Shown: positions 62,118 to 64,000 of the stretch, in pieces | Layout of the letters: each line of letters starts with the position of its first letter | Position numbering within the stretch: the first letter of the stretch is position 1 | Source of the DNA: Paraspadella gotoi | Taxonomy: Eukaryota > Animalia > Chaetognatha | DNA length: 64,000 bases | Direction: 5' to 3' | NCBI GenBank assembly: GCA_051294375.1 | Contig: CM119268.1 | Location: 6,643,232-6,707,231, forward strand | Program-made: the position numbers and the translations under genes | Notes under the pieces: generated by a model | What the model saw: only the letters and a program-made list of their open reading frames with translations | Told to the model about the DNA's origin: nothing | Database searches by the model: none

Positions 62118-64000
62118 TCAGAGACGGCAGGTGTTGCTCCGGGAAGCTCTCGAGTTTCTTGTCGCTCTCGTCGACGGCGGCACGAAGCGAGAGTGGTTCG
62201 ACTCGTTTCTTCGCCTGTTCGCCTTCCGGACATCTCGTTTTCGGGAGACGGAGTTAGGCGTCGTCGTGAGAGTCGTCGGGCGCTTGTTTTCGCCTCCAAC
62301 GCCGCCACGGCTTCGCTTACGAGCGATACGGACAGGCGCGGGCGTGAAAGTTGGTGGGGTAACGCAGTTTCGATCGCGAAGACGACGCCGCGTCCAAATG
62401 GACGATCTCGACTTCGTCCTAACGTTTTCCTCTTCGTTTTCTTCATCTTCGTCTCGTTCTTCTTCTCCTTCGTCCTCATCTTCTTCGTCCTCATCTTCTT
62501 CTCCCTCGTCTTCTTCCTGGTCTTCTTCCTGGTCTTCTTCATTTTCCTCTCCATCTTCTTCTTCCTCTTCGAAAACGTCGTCTTCTTCATCGACCCTCTC
62601 CTCGCATTTCGTCGTCCTTCGCACCCTACTCGTCGCCCTCCTACGGGGCAAAGATCTCCGCATGAGGTTATCGTTCTTATCCTTAACGGCCTCGTGTTCG
62701 ACCTCGAGGCGCTTCTTCAGACTCTCAACCTCCCTGCGCAGTCTCTCGATCTCCGCGTCTCTCTTTTTAATCTCGACTCGAAGTGAGTTCAACTCTTTGC
62801 TAAATTTGAGACGCTCTCTCTCCAGCGCGTCCTCTTTAGGGGGCGATGTCGACGACGTCGCTATTGGTTGAAACCTGACCCGTCGCCTGTTCGCCGCTTT
62901 TTCCGCCACAATAACCACGTCGGCGTCGTCGTCTTCGTCGCAGTGGGTCGAGGTTGGCATTCGAGATCGAGATTCCGCTTCCGCGATGAAGCCAGAAGGG
63001 AGTTGGAATTGCTGCCGTCCATTACCCCTGGTTCTCAGGGTCATTTTGCCGAAACATGGAGTAATGGACGTCGGGGTGCTCTTGGGCGAAGGGGGGGGAT
63101 CGTTCGATGAGGGCCCGGTGGGAGCGTTATCTTTGGCATCATTGTGGGAGTTTGACGAGGATTTACGCTCTGCGTTTATAGAATAAAATTCAAAACGACT
63201 CACTGACGAGTTGTGTACGACATTGTTCGTTGAATGATAAATAGGTTTCCTGCAACGTCTACATGATTTTTCAGGCAATTTTTACCGTTTTTTCGTGAGG
63301 ATCTCGTGACACGAGTCGATCTCCGAACGGCCTCTGGTGTTGGGGTCGGGATTTCTGCGTTCTCTGCTGCTTTTGACGCAGAAGAAACTATAGACAAATT
63401 TAAAAACAATATTTTTTTCTCTCTGCTCACATTGAAAACGAAAACTCTTACCCTTTGAGGTTGGCGACGTCGCCTCTTCTTCCGACTGAGACCCCTTCCG
63501 CGATCGCAGCCGCTTCCTCCGCGGCGGCAGCGTTTCGCTTTCGTCGCTCGAATCTGTTCCGGTCGAAGGTGGTCTCTTCGGAGGTTCCCAAGGAGAGTCC
63601 TTTTCCGGGACCGGAGTGGGCGGCTTAACGTCCGGCGTCAAATTTTCCTCGTGGCGCTCCAACCGAACAACGATTTCGCGATCCAAGGGTGTAGAAGTTA
63701 CGAAGGGTGTGTCTGCCATTGGCGAGTGGATCGGAGTAATGTCGGTGATGGTGGAAGTAGGTCCTCTCACTGGAGTGGCGAAGCGGGTAGGCAAGCGTGG
63801 GACGGCAAAGGCGAAGTCAGGCTCGGAAACCCGCTTTACAGGAGTCGAAGTCACCTGCAAAAAAATGAGGTCCAAGTGTGATCTATATATATAATCAATC
63901 GGTTTAGTAAGTTTTAAATGAAAAAAACCCTCGACCTGACAAGCTATACTCCTCAGGGCAACAGGTTCGATTTCTTCTTCCGATTCGCTGTTCGAATCCT
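62118..64000 (-). CDS. 3' part of an unknown gene (S/T/P-rich, coiled coil, acidic tract, basic C-terminus); 5' end outside the window
   Basis: Open frames 63282-63875 and 62118-63278 are joinable by short GT-AG introns and have exon-like composition. No family was recognised. Confidence 0.65.

Noticed and set aside
62131-62871. + strand Ser- and Phe-rich ORFs (also 30134-30469, 39694-40233, 22897-23367)
   Set aside because: They are antisense shadows of acidic or GC-rich - strand exons with no independent coding signal.

Overview
This is eukaryotic (animal-like) nuclear DNA from a very compact genome, with GC/CpG-rich exons, AT-rich spacers and mostly ~50-90 nt spliceosomal introns. One intronless + strand gene (MYND zinc finger, 189-2618) converges on an unbroken run of 25 genes that all lie on the - strand (3348 to the window end). 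In coordinate order these are COX6A, PIGH, MARCHF5, lysosomal alpha-mannosidase, a CTR copper transporter, BLOC1S2, AdipoR, selenoprotein T (in-frame UGA plus SECIS), TRMT44, PEX10, an aldo-keto reductase, QDPR, TMEM106B, a BTB-Kelch protein, CK2 alpha, SEPSECS, an unknown 958-aa ORF, SRA1, TDRD9/spindle-E, AUH, a 4-RRM ELAV-like protein, an NHL-repeat protein, PCGF1, SCYL2 and an unknown partial gene. Many stop-to-ATG spacers are only 100-250 nt, are pyrimidine-rich on the sense strand and carry orphan AG acceptors, and PEX10 overlaps TRMT44. This is the layout expected of polycistronic transcription resolved by trans-splicing, which is an inference and needs RNA data. Gene names come from recognising protein motifs by eye, and exon boundaries were inferred manually. 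No database search was run and the species is not identified.
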